The translations under genes and the position numbers were made by a program. From the NCBI GenBank assembly GCA_002269645.1, contig NIVC01001054.1, forward strand, positions 19,412 through 83,411: DNA of 64,000 nucleotides, given 5' to 3'. This DNA is from Macrostomum lignano. Its lineage: Eukaryota. The notes beneath the pieces are model-generated. The model worked only from the letters and a program-made list of their open reading frames with translations. It did not search any database and had not been told where the DNA came from. Shown piece after piece: positions 23,765 to 36,152 of this stretch (the first letter of the stretch is position 1; every line of letters begins with the position of its first letter).

Positions 23765-24829
23765 TGAGTGCAAATAGCAGCCTGAAAAAATCAGCAAATA
23801 AACAAGTGTTGCTTAACTTCCCAATAATTGTACATGTAAATAAAGTATAATATATTTTATTTAGTTCATTACAACAAAGTTTCGATCCTAAGGAGCCTAA
23901 TATTTTAGGGGGGGGGGGGGTGGCACCAGGCACAGGGCAAGGGGGCACAGGTACCTTTATAAGCTGCTAATTAGGGCCTAAAATCAGAAAAAGCACTAAA
24001 AATTACCACATGGGCTCATTTTCTGAGGGGGGGGAGGGCATGTGCCCCCAGTGCCGCAAGCTCCCGCCACCCATGGTCTTATATGCAATGGCATATGTCA
24101 TGACATTTATTTTCATTTTGACATCCTAAGGGATTCTTGAGATTTCATGACTTCTTTCAATTGTTAACTTTGTAATCTATAAACATAGTCTAGACTTCTG
24201 TGGGTCAGCAAGGGTCAGTAGTATATAAAGTAAAGTGATGCTATTGGTATATTTCAATTTATTTTTTTTTTTTATTATAACACTTATAAATCATATTTTT
24301 ATAATATATATGATTATATAATTTTTATTTACCAAATCAATCCATACATCTAACATTGTATAGACAATATAAATTATATAAATATTTTAATATATATAAT
24401 TAACATGAAATGATTTACAAAGAAAAATTTACACATAATGAATTTGCATTAATAATTTTGTGAGTTAACCACAAATTTATCATTCATGTTAGTGACAATT
24501 CCAATGACCAAAAGATGTAAAGAAAGAAATATAGGTCTGATAAGAAGTTACAACATTACAAATGTATTCAAATTTATCTAAATGCCTGATTAATCTTTTT
24601 GTTTATAACAATGACCATGCAAATGTAACAACTTCTTAAACTAATGAACTTCAATAATGAATTAAAATTGTGAACTTTATTACTTGTGTATGAGCATTGA
24701 TTGCTTTGATTCACTTCTTTCCCAATGTTTTGTAACTTTCTGCAGCACCTGCTAATGCTATTGAAACAAACCCTTCTATTCATATTTTATTATTAAATAA
24801 TTAGCTTTTCAGTTTCAAATAAATTAGTT

Positions 24830-25162
24830 ACTTTTTTTACTGTATGTACTTTTTAAGTACATGAAGTATTTAAAATTATTGTTTTTACTTTTTAGCCTTT
24901 AAATCCCTTAGATGATCTCTATGTTTCACTAAAAAGGTAGAAAAGCAAAGACGATGCATCATGGAAGTCTATTTTGGAAAAAATGCAAGATTTCTGTATT
25001 TTCTGTGTTAACTTTAATGGATTAATACTTATTAACAATTATCAGTTAACTTTAAGTTAACTTGATAAAATTAAAAGTTAATACGTTAAGATTTTTTGTT
25101 TTAACGCTAACACTTTTGTCATTAATAGAAGTTAAGATCTTTATTAACAGTGCCCAACACTG
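24830..25162. mobile_element. Partial second copy of the hAT-like element at 3635-4264
   Basis: Shares internal AT-rich blocks (GAAGTCTATTTT(T)GGAAAAA, CTTATTAACAATT) and the right TIR GTGCCCAACACTG; left end not found. Confidence 0.6.
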
Positions 25163-25704
25163 CCCCTACTATTAGTGTTAGACAGGATCTTGATCTCAAT
25201 CTTGATTGTTAAAATCTCAGCATTTTTTAATCTCAATCTTGGATTCTTTAAAAAATTAGTCAAGATATGTGACTGATGTGACTATTGATGACTACAGTAT
25301 TATTTTATTTATATTTGATATAGGCCTATATCAAGTTATTAACAAGCTAAGTATTATATGAATTGTTTTTCTCATCATTGTGCATATTTAACAAATAACA
25401 ATAGCATTGATAAGTAGAATAGTATAAATAGGCTTACTAGATGCCCCTACTAGAATAAGTGTAGAAAACCTGTAGACTTGCAATATAGGGTCTACAATTG
25501 TAGCTCAAAAATTTTGACAAAACACAGTAACTTGTTAACTTTTATACCAAATATAGATATAGTACTAATTAGATAATGAAGCATTTAGCCTTAATAAGAC
25601 AGTCATAGTTACTCTTGTAGCATATGATAAAGATGGCCATATACCAAGATGGCTATAGCTCTAAATGTCTAAATCAATAATGATAACCATAAGTCTATAT
25701 ATTT

Positions 25705-26658
25705 GGCACATGACCAAGATGGCCACATACTAAGATGGCCAGAGCTCTGAATGGCTGCTTGGATAGGAATAAGTCTATATATTTCCTCATTTCCTATTGG
25801 CTGTGATTGGGATGGGGTATGACCTAGCTTTAGGTCTTGGAGAAGACAGATTTTGTTAGTGAAATTAAACTAAGTAAAACAAAAAACACTTTCCTTTTAT
25901 AGCAGGTATTACTACCTACTAAAGCTAATAGCAGTACTAGCACAAGACTGATTTTTGTATCATAGATAATAGTTTCAAACCTATCTTCAATATACTAAAA
26001 CTGACATGCTGTTTATGTATGTTAAAAGTTAAAGGTAGAGTATAAGTTATTAGTTATGATAGAAGCAAAAATTGGAGTGCCCTCTTATCTCTGATCTTTT
26101 CTCTCATCTCTGCACTCTTGTCTCTTATCTTTTCTCTCTCTCATCTCTGCCCTCTCCTCTCTTATCTCTTGCCCTTTCCTCTCTCATGTCTGCCTTCTTC
26201 TTTCTTTTCTCTCTCATCTCTGCCTTTTCCTGTATTATCTTTCTCTTATCTCTGCTTTTTGAATGTCTGTCTAAATATCTGTTGTGAAACCCTCACATGT
26301 ACATAGCCTAGTACAAAATAAAACCCTTGAGAGTTGCATATTAATCTCATCATTAAGGCCTACTACTACTACTAGCAATGGTTTCTTGATAAACTAATAA
26401 TAGTGATAGATCAGATGGATGTAATGATAAAGAATAAGCCTAAATTGGCACAAACACTAAAAAGGATTAAAGTTTTTGTATTATAGGTAATTATTTTCAA
26501 ATCCATCATTGTTTCAGCATTTATAAATTATATAATTATATAAAAAGAAAAAAACAATAGATATTATATTTCAAATTATTATTAAATAAAGAGTAGATAT
26601 AATAGAAATGTAATATTGTGGCCATCTTGGTATGTGGCCATCTTGGTCTTGTACTGCC
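25705..26658. mobile_element. Putative MITE with about 35-bp imperfect TIRs
   Basis: GGCACATGACCAAGATGGCCACATACTAAGATGGCC (25705-25740) is inverted relative to GGCCATCTTGGTATGTGGCCATCTTGGTCTTGTACTGCC (26620-26658); no clean TSD. Confidence 0.5.
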
Positions 26659-28929
26659 CAAACTTCCTAAGAGTTAGACTTAGCAATTTGTAAATAAAAT
26701 ATGCATTTTGTATACATGTTACATTGATTAACTTCGTCTTTTAAGCAAATAATACATAATTTTAAATAATTGAGGCAATCTAACTTGCTGTGATTTGATA
26801 TGATGGTAATAATGACTCATAGGTCATAGCAAAAATATTTAATAGATATAGTCAATAAAGGTATAAATTTAAAATTTTTAATTTCCGAGCCTTAAGATAA
26901 TATTTACTCTGAGAAGCTAAATAAAAGAGGAAAAAATCGTGCACACCACGAAAAGTGACAAGATAGATGGATTGCATTAATTATAGATAGGCCCAAAGCA
27001 AAGAAACAGCATTATTTTAATACATTCTGCGGTAATACTTGAAGCACAAATTTAAATATGATGAAGTCGCATTGTCTGTGTCCTGCAATGTATCTTTATG
27101 TCTATTTTAAAAGTAATCATATTTTGTACTTATTTCACATTGTGCATTATTTGTATTTGTAATCTATTTATATGTTACTGTACTTTTTACTGTATGTATT
27201 AATGTTTATTTTGCTGGACAGTTTAAAATGAAGCTTGTTTTTGTGACTAATAATTAACTAATATAAATATGAATCACCGATTTTTTGTAAGAGTTCGCCG
27301 CTCTGATTATTCAGCACCTCTCGATTGAAAATTTAAGTGTTAGCTTCGGCAATTCATTTATTACAGTGTCATACTAGCTGGTGAAGTCAGAATTGAAACT
27401 TACGCTCATCTACTCGAATCTTCATCTTCAGAGAAGAGTTACTACATGTATACTCATACATTTAAAACAATTTCATCCCGATTTTTCAGAAATTTCCAGC
27501 TACAGGATAAAAAATCCCCAAAGGCCCCTAGAAATATAAGTTAACTGCAAATATAGTTCGTATGAAAGGTTCGGCCTTTTTAAGCCTGTAGCTTCGGGCC
27601 TCAGAACTCAGAAATGAATCACTTAGAACTCTGGCCTCTCACTCCTGTCAGATGGTCAGCCCCGTGGTAGCATCATTGTGGGCGAGCAGCAAGGTCCTAT
27701 AGCTAAGAGAAGACAGCGAGAAACAAGCAGGGAGAATTTGCAAGGTAGAGATTAGCTAATACACTGATTAACTTACCCGCTGCCACCAGTCTGTGCGCCC
27801 CGGCTCACCAAACCGGAGCTATCGAAATCGGACTTCCGACTAGAGGGACACTGCACTTACCTGCCATCTAGTGTCTTTTAGCTGTCTATCTCGAAGTCAT
27901 AGCCGAAAAGAAGGGACGCTGATGGGACCAAGATCGCTTTGGCCATGCAGGGATCGAGAGGACTTTTGCAGGGGGTTCTTGCGCCGGCGAGCCTTTATAC
28001 ACTACTGAAAATACTATTTCATAATCAAATTCCCAGAAGTACATTTAGTAGTGTAGTAGTAGTGTTTAGTAGTGTGCTTTTGGCACTAAATGTGTTAACG
28101 CGTCGACAGATAGCGATGATGTAGATGTACTGTTACTTTTGGAGACCTTTAGACTTATATTTAACTCGTCTTAGCCGCTTCGCTGCCTGAGACCGCGCGA
28201 AAGCACCAGTCTGGCACTTAAATGCTTATCATGATTTCTTAAATCGACTGATTGACTGGGAACTGTGCTGCTTCAGGTCCACCGTGACCCCTGCCTCTAG
28301 ATTTAGCCACTCATCTCAGCCGGTATTGCGAAAAAGAAAGAAGATGCTAAGTCTGTAACTTCCAGATTTAACTTTCTCACTTAATCCGCAATCTTAAACA
28401 CCTTAAATTGAGTCAGAGCGAATGGCTACTTTTAGTATTAACTGACACTTCTGCCTCGAGTTTGACACACAAAAGCAAGTAATCAAAAGTGCAAATACTA
28501 TCAGACTACCTAGGAAGGGTCAGACAAAGGGCACACCCAGTTAAGCAGGTCAAGAAAGCCTCTCACCCGACCAATCAGAGGACCTAACTGCCGCGGTAGC
28601 CAAGAGATTCGCACAGACCGAAGCGCTCGGATGGGATGCTGCAGCCGATCTTAACTGACGAGTGCCGCCGTTATAGTCTTCACTTGCCGGTTGCTGTTGA
28701 AGCTCTTTGTTCGCGGTCGGGAGGTACCGGTGATGCCTCTCAAGGGGAACTTAGCTGTTGAAACCGAAACTGCCGGGGGAAGAGGGACCGGAGGCCGAAG
28801 AGGCAGCAGAAGCCGAAGGGGATTAGATTGGCAGGACCGGCCAAGGCCAATTAAGGTCAGGGCGTGCCAGAAGGTAGGGGGATGCTGGGAACCTCGAACA
28901 GGCCTTTTCGAGCGCGGGTCGAGTTGCCG

Positions 28930-29070
28930 CCTTTTATAACTTTCACGCGGCCGATTTGTTATAACGCACGACGAATTTTCTGATTGGCTGAGAGCTTTTG
29001 TTAAAATAGACGCCGAATTTTTCTGATTGGTCGAGCCGGGGGCAGTCAGGTCGACTCTGATTGGCTCAGC
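28930..29070 (-). promoter_or_regulatory. TATA box plus three NF-Y-type CCAAT boxes
   Basis: Minus strand: RRCCAATCAGA three times (ATTGG at 28983-28987, 29026-29030, 29060-29064), followed by TATAAAA at 28938-28932. Confidence 0.6.
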
Positions 29071-30615
29071 TCGAGACCCCAAAACCCACCCCACCAGGTG
29101 GCCTTCGGACCCCAGGGAAGCTGACAGGTGCGGTCATAAATCATGTGCAAAACATAATAAAATTCACTTGTCTAGACATCCTGGCGCCAAAAGTGACAGA
29201 AAAACACCCATAAATTAAAGGAGAAAGTAACAGAGCGAGTGGGGAGAAGGCTGGAAAGGCCTATTTGACCCAGACAGGCTGGAGCCGAAAGTGACAGCTA
29301 GAACTCCATAAGTCACTGGAAGCAGTGAAAAAGTCACAAATTTGGGGATCAGAATGGGGCTAAAAACATTCCTCCCAGACGTAGTGTCGCCTGTCTAGAC
29401 TGTTAGAGGTCAATCCGCCTCAGACCCAGACAGTCTGACCTTCAAAGATGCGTAAAAAATCCAAAATTAGAATCCTAAGAGAAGTACATTGAGTATCTAT
29501 CATAATTAACAGTAATGTCATAAGTCAGTATAGAACTTAATCTAGACGAGAAAATGGAGAGAAAATCCTAAGCTAGCCTACTGACAGCAGGGGAAAAGGC
29601 GCATCGAAGCAAAATGTGCGGTTTTAAGATTGAAAAAGGTGCGTCCTCGTCACGTACGTCAACTGGGGGACTGGAATTTAGGGAAGGGGGGAGCTAAAGT
29701 TAATTTCTATAGTTTTCCCTTTCAATGGGGAGCTCTTAAGTCATTGGGGTCAGGGACTCAAAAAACGACATTTTTGAAACGTCATGTCAGGTTGTGGTTT
29801 GGATTTTGGGGCCAAATACATGTAAGTTAAGATGAATGAAGCCAATGGTTTGTTGCAGAAACGTCTAACTTCTTGCTATTTCCTGTCCAGATGGTGAATC
29901 CGTCAGTTGTCCTCAGTTAATTTGTCTCAGAAATCCATCACACGAACCCCGTCCCAATTAGCACTTTTCTGAATTTGAAGCAGGTCAAATATTGGAAGAA
30001 TAAAACTCACAATCAGCTTGTGCGACGCGTTTCTGTCTACCCCAACTATTTTCAAGCAGTTTAACGGTGGAATAAATTTCTCGGTTGCACCATCAATTGA
30101 AGATAAGCATACAGTGAAAACACTAGAGTACAGGTTTTAAACCTGCAGGGACCCTCGGTTCGGTACAAATTGTACACACCTAAATTTAGACTTAGAGTTA
30201 ATTTTCTGTAACTGCCTACAGCAGTTATCTTTTCTGCCGCACAACCAGATCCGAAAAAAAGTTTTCAGACACGCATGCTTTGCAGCTCGACCTCCGTGCG
30301 GAGTGACTCAGGAGCTGTGTAAAATAATGAACCGCTGCTGAGGTTTCCTTTTGGAATAGATTAGTGTGCTGTAATGCATGTGCTGTAATGGACGTTCAAA
30401 ATTTTGTCAATATAATTTTTAACGAATTTTTTATCGCATTTTTTTTACAGAATCAACTAACTAAACTCAAGAATCAACTTTGCACAGACACATAATTTCA
30501 TGATTTAGATTTCGGAAGTTCAATGGGGTTAGGATGTTGCCAATTGCTGATAATGTCGATACCGTTATGCATTGCCAGTGAAATTTGCCTGCTTTTCGAG
30601 TGTAGCATCCCAGTG

Positions 30616-32150
30616 TCACTTCCAAGCGAATCGCTCCTTCAGCGCTTTGAAAGGCGTCGAGTTTTTCTTCACCGGCGCCGAGGTCCCGCCCGCGGCAACT
30701 GCCGCGCTGACAGGCGTCTCCGAGCTGCGCAGTATCGCCAGCTCAATGGACTTTTTCTGCTGCCGCTTGCTGGAAGAGTGCATCGAGCCCGAGGCGGAAG
30801 CGCCGGAGCAGCCCAGCCCGCCGGGTCCGCAGGGGCTGCTGCCTCGGGATCGGCTGCCGGCGCTGCGGCTTCCGCTACCGGCGCCGCCGCTTGCGCCGCC
30901 ATCTCCGGGGCCCAGCAGGAGCAGCTGGCGCTCACGCTGGTGCGCCTGACAGTTGGCGGCGTGCTGGCCAAGCAGACGGCGCATCAGGCGGCTCGGCTCC
31001 TGCGGCTCTTCGGCCACCGACAGCTCGGCGAACTGGCCGTCTTCTTCTCTGGCCGCGGCCAGCGCTTCGAGGGCCGTCACGCGACTGCGTTGTGCAAAAA
31101 TAGGTTCCTTGATTGGGCCATTGAGTTCGTCATAAACTCTGTGCTACCATTTTATGGTGTCTTTGGAATTTACCCCTAATTTACGGTTTCTCTGTGAGCT
31201 CCTATCCTGACTGTGTCTGCTAAACTCATTTATTGTGTCATATTTGTGCGTCATCATTGTGCGTTTTTTGTGACAAAAACCATGGCATTGTCTGCCAATT
31301 GTGTCTATCGAGCGAGCTGTAAACTGCGAACCGTTTGTCATCCAGATCAGCCTTGTTGCCAACCAACGCCAGAGTGACCTCCCTGGCCTGGTCGTGACGG
31401 CTGAGCTGCTCCAGAATGCCAAGTGCCCGTTGGTAGGTGCTCCGATCGTCTATGGCGTACATCACCATGGCGACGTGGCTCCACTGACAAATGCTGGCCA
31501 GATTGAGGTGTTCCTAAAATAGTTTTTACAACTTTGGTGCATTAAATATTTTGTTTTTTCTCTCGTAAGTTGGTTTGTGAGCGTGTGCATGAGAGCAAAA
31601 TACTTTCAGCGCTGGTTGCAGGCCGATGTTGCAAGTGCCCCCAAGTTTCCTCCTAATCTTTTTTATTCGGGTTGAACTTTGTTAATTCAGAGAGTGCCTG
31701 CATAAACCAATGCAGGCAATGCGAAATGTGGGGCTCGTAAAAGCACCTCAGTTCGAAGAACTCAAAACAGTTCTGATTTTATTTTACCTTGTCTACCGTG
31801 TCCTTGAGATTCATTTCGAAGTAGTAGCCGCCAACGCTTTCCTGTCTGGTGTAGACACCCTCTGAAATGTTAGCAAGTGTTTAAATGCGGATGTAAGTGC
31901 CTAAAAGTTTGCAGATTGAGCCATTTGACAACCTGAGCGCACCCAGCTTGTCGCTGTACTCGCCGATAAACCGTTGCGTCATCAGGCGCACGGCGAAGGC
32001 GGACTTGCCGACCCCGCTGGCGCCCAGCAGGCTGACGCAGACGCGTACGGGCGACTCCGGGTCGCGTGACAGCCGCATGCTTCTCAGCCCGGAGCGATGG
32101 CTGCTGCCGCCGCCGAGGTGAATCAGGCCGCTGAAATCCGGGAAGGACAT
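30616..32150 (-). CDS. RERG/RERGL/RASL12-like Ras-family small GTPase, 4 exons, about 310 aa
   Basis: Exons 32150-31943, 31861-31788, 31513-31332, 31084-30616, phase-consistent. G1 GASGVGKS, VRLMTQRFIGEY, G3 DTVDK, G4 GNKADL, G5 ELSVAE. No CAAX, as in this clade. Confidence 0.9.
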
Positions 32151-32942
32151 GCTCGCAAGAATCTCTGAGTAAGAATTGCTCGACTGGCTACTCAGCCGAA
32201 GCTCTTTTTATGGGCGCGAGCGGCTGGTTCCAGGTGACAAGCCCGTCTGTCTTTGTTGGGACTGCTGCTTATCGCAGGTTGTTGATCGAAATAATTCATA
32301 TCCTGCTGCCGCTAGCGACACTCTCTTGCCGGGCAGTTTTATGAAGTTTCCAGTCACGCTTCGAAGCTTTACCTTATATTGGTGATGAAGTCAAGAAATT
32401 CGATAACAGCTCGGAGCCCGCTACTCTTATCGACACGATTCGGCTATGGCGCAGAAAAGTTTCTCTTATCCCTGTGAGCTGCTACCGTATGGAATGAGAC
32501 TGCGTTTGGAGTTTTGAGTCGAGTGTTAGATGTTGTTTTTAGAGGAATTCGAGGCCCTCTCTGAACGCCAAAAGGGCGGGTGTTGTTGCAGGCGGTAATG
32601 CAGCTTATCCGGCTTTATGACACGGAGACCTGCTGCTCCCACGCACTTGCAAGTTGATCTTCAATATCGATGGACAATAGAACCGCCAACTTCCGAGTCC
32701 GTCCAAGCGAAAATCGGTGACTTTCATGAGATGTAACGATTTCAGTGCTCAGTCCGTGACTGCAAGTCCGTAACAGTCCGCAAAGGTCGTTGCAGTGCGT
32801 TGTGTAAGTGAGCTGCGCTCTATTTCACCCTCAGAATCGCAATTTGAGCACTCGAAAGCTACAGCCCATTCTGTACATTTTGAGGACTGTAAATTAGTTC
32901 AGAAATTGAGTCATTTTTTATTTTTCAGTGATTTCCATGCAG

Positions 32943-33230
32943 TATCGCCACGCCGGCCTGGTCCGTCCAAGCGACCTGTTGCGCCGTCGGTGACTCCAGC
33001 TGGCAGGCCACATCATCCGCGCCGAGCCCGTGCAGGAGGTGCTGCTGCTAACGCTGCAGGCACCCTACCGGCGAGGGCAGACGCGCACTCGGCGTTTCGT
33101 CGACTGCCTGGTGGCTGACGCCGGCGCCCCAGATTCGGCCGGCGGCGTGGCGTTCATCCGCGACCTGGCCTTGAAGCGCGCCCTGGGACGCTAACCCTGC
33201 GTATTCTGTTGTTGTTATTGTGGTGTTGTT
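32943..33230 (+). mobile_element. 5'-truncated RTE-like LINE 3' end
   Basis: YRHAGLVRPSDLLRRR*LQLAGHIIRAEPVQEVLLLTLQAPYRRGQTRTRRFVDCLVADAG (RRRRLxxAGHxxR...RRG...D motif typical of RTE ORF2 C-termini); stop at 33192-33194; GTT-rich tail. Confidence 0.75.
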
Positions 33231-36152
33231 GCGAAATAAAACTCGATTGTAAAAGAAATTCGGTCCTGATCGGTAGAAAGCGATGTGAAATTAAATTATG
33301 GAAACCGGACTCGCAATGCCCCGAGTAAGAGTAAAAATATACAAAGAAAACTGAAACTCTGGGTGCCTACTTATTGAGTAGTAGAATGCACATTCAGTGA
33401 CGGAGATCTTTACATCTTATCTTCTCTGTGAATAAAAAATTCTGGACAATTACAGACGCTTTCAAATCGTAGAATTCGGCCCTAACAGGTGCTTCTTCTA
33501 AAACCTGAATTGCACCCTTCCTCTCTTCTTTCCTCTGTCTCCAGTCTTCTCCATCCCGATGGCTCTCTCCTCGCAAATTCTCCCCAACGTGCTCTTCCCA
33601 ACGCATCTCTAAGCATTCCTGCGTGGGTTCTACAGCACGACAGTCCCCACGGCGCCCATCTGCCATCTGCACCGGCAGCAGCTGGCCCGTGTGAAACTGA
33701 CAGACGAGAGCACAAGAAGAAGCTAAGAAGAAGAAGAAGAGACGCGCGCGTTCTATTATTCTCGCGCAAATAATGAATTGGCCTGTCAGCCTCCAAACTG
33801 CAAACTCCCTGTAGGAGAGGATGACGGGTTGGGGGTTGCTCCGACAGTTTCCTAGAAAACTACAGACGGGGAGATTCTCTCTCTCTCTCTCTCTTTACAA
33901 TACATTGTTCCTTACTCAATGTCTGACAAGCCAGCAGAGGCAGGCAGAAGTACTTCCCCTACACTTGAAGAGCCCGCCGCTCCGACTCCAACTAGTTCGC
34001 TCTCCCAAATCATTTCCAAACTAATCTAACCCTTATGCAAAGTTAATGCTGGAACAAGTAAAAACTTTGCTAAACTAACTTTACTCAGAAATTGCTGCCA
34101 TTTATAATCAACAAGATGCTCGAGCCTCCCTCCCCCTGGGGGAGAGCTGCTCGCCAGAAGAAGAAGAAGAAGCATATTGATTTCTTGGTTTTCGCCTCGT
34201 CAAAAGTCCAACGCTAATCTGCAGTCCTTCTCTCACTCACTCACTCTCTCTTCAAGGCCTTCTTTCCGCCTCCATGTAGAGTCCGCCAGAAGACTTTCTT
34301 ATAAGGCCAGATCACATTTTGCTGTGGTCTGCCCGATCTCCTCTCTCTTGCCTCCAGTTTGCCAGAGGCGCACGAAGCAGTTGGCATACAGCAATATTAT
34401 TATTATTATCACTATGCATTATGCATTATACTAATGTTGCGGAAAAGAGGACGGATTTCCAATGGGATCATTGACGAGACCGATATTGCCCGCAGCTGTG
34501 TTTGCTCGGCCCACTCCACGCCAAGTCCATCTACTCACGGCACACTGGCCCCAGCAGCACTAAACAAACTTTCCCTCCAGCCTCTCAGCCTCATCTATAT
34601 ACTATAAAAAACTCGCGACCTGAGCACTATTTTGTACTTACAGCTAGCTATAATACATTTGGTCGTACATTATGCTGGGAGCTTTTTAATTAAGCATTTG
34701 GGAGGCTGTCAGCAAATGCAGTTCCCACAAACCACCAGCGATGATCCACTTCACCCAAGCACCATACAATTCCAACTACTTTTGCCAACTCTTTTTCTGT
34801 ACCAATTCACCAAACTGCCAAAACCACTTCAGGCAGTATAGCGGCAGATAGACCGGCCATTGCCCAGCGAACAATTCAGCTGCAGCTATAAAAGAACTAA
34901 TATCTTGATCGGTGAGTAATAGTCCAGATCGGTGCCCGAGATACACCCGGGTTGGGGGGGGGGCGATCTCTCATTCTGGACCGAACTCTGCTGCAGCTCC
35001 CTGCACGGTCCTCTGCTCGCTTCCGCAGACCACCACACCCCCTCACCCTGTACCCCCCCAATCCTCACTCGCTTCTTGCTTGCTAGAGAAAATCCTGAGT
35101 CCACCTCCCCCCCCCCAAGCGGTTCTCAGCCAGAAAGCATCGCCCTCAGCCCATGCAGGCTGCAACCCCCACGCGCATTTCTTTATTTCTCCTCTTTTCT
35201 CCCCCTTTCCCCGGCTGCGTGGCTGCAGCTGGTCACCGCTGCGGAACACCGCCCAGCAACCCCCAGTCCCGGGGACACGCATGCTCCCCTATCGTACCCC
35301 TACCCGCTACCCCCATCGTAGCCGGCATCGCATCCCACCACGATTCCCCAGGAACCGTGCAACCTCCCCCCCCCACACTTCCCACCTCAGTTAGCTGAGC
35401 CCTTGGCGGCCGGGGAGTTCCCTTAGCTACAGAATCTAGTAGGGAAACTGATGCTGCATATCCTGTTAGCAATACAAAGCCTATACAATAACCAGTTTTT
35501 GCTCAATAATTCTACCAATATTTTTTGGAGCAAAAATGTCTTCACCATCACTTCGCAATAAAACAGTTGCTAGGCGAGGAAAAGTCTATTATGCACATAG
35601 CTCATAGGTTTGCTTCGTTAGCTCGTATAGATCTCTAGCCTGGACAAGTACTCGATGAAACAAACAGAGATACTAGTTAAGCCTTGATCGCGTTTCCACT
35701 CCAGCTCACTTAATATTAGTAGTCCATGCTGCAGTCACAGCAGCAAGTCTTAAATCCTCACGCGCACAAAACCAGCCCCAATCCCCCTGCTGTCCTATAC
35801 AAGAGAGCCAAAGGGTGAGTCCTGCAGCTGCCCCCCAGGGGGTGTCAAGGAGAAATAGGCTGAGAGGACCTGGGGAGCATCCAGCACATTGGGGCAGAGA
35901 GGGGAGCGGCCCAGGACCAGCCATGCCACCCGGGGCCTTTGGTGGCAACCCCAACCTCCCTCAGTTTTATATATAGACTTTCAATGGATGCTGAAAGAAA
36001 GCATGAGGTGATAGCCTTCCCCTCACAAGCCCTCTGCGCCTGCGCTATTTCCCGTCGGTGTGCTCAGTCATTGTTCTCAAATTGTTCTCAACTGGTCTCC
36101 AAGCTTATTCAAGACTTTGATTTTCTAATCAGGCAGGTTTTCCACACTAATT

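Noticed and set aside
27841-27880. ACTTACCTG in a hairpin loop resembling the U1 snRNA 5' end or an SL RNA
   Set aside because: No downstream U1 stems or Sm site, and no ATG|GT leader end; it is the reverse complement of a consensus donor.
28651-29094. 147-aa minus-strand ORF in the promoter-like block
   Set aside because: No recognisable domain and a non-ATG start; it overlaps the CCAAT/TATA motifs.
30523-31179. Plus-strand 218-aa ORF, and similar antisense ORFs over ClC, complexin and ARL6IP1 exons
   Set aside because: These are antisense shadows of GC-rich coding exons.
32989-32991. In-frame TGA in the RTE fragment as selenocysteine or readthrough
   Set aside because: It lies in an RRRR motif (CGA to TGA, a CpG transition) of a dead LINE, and no SECIS is evident.
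33390-35900. GC-variable region with many short ORFs between the RERG-like gene and complexin
   Set aside because: Probably decayed TE or regulatory DNA, but I found no motif, TIR, LTR or TSD to support a call.
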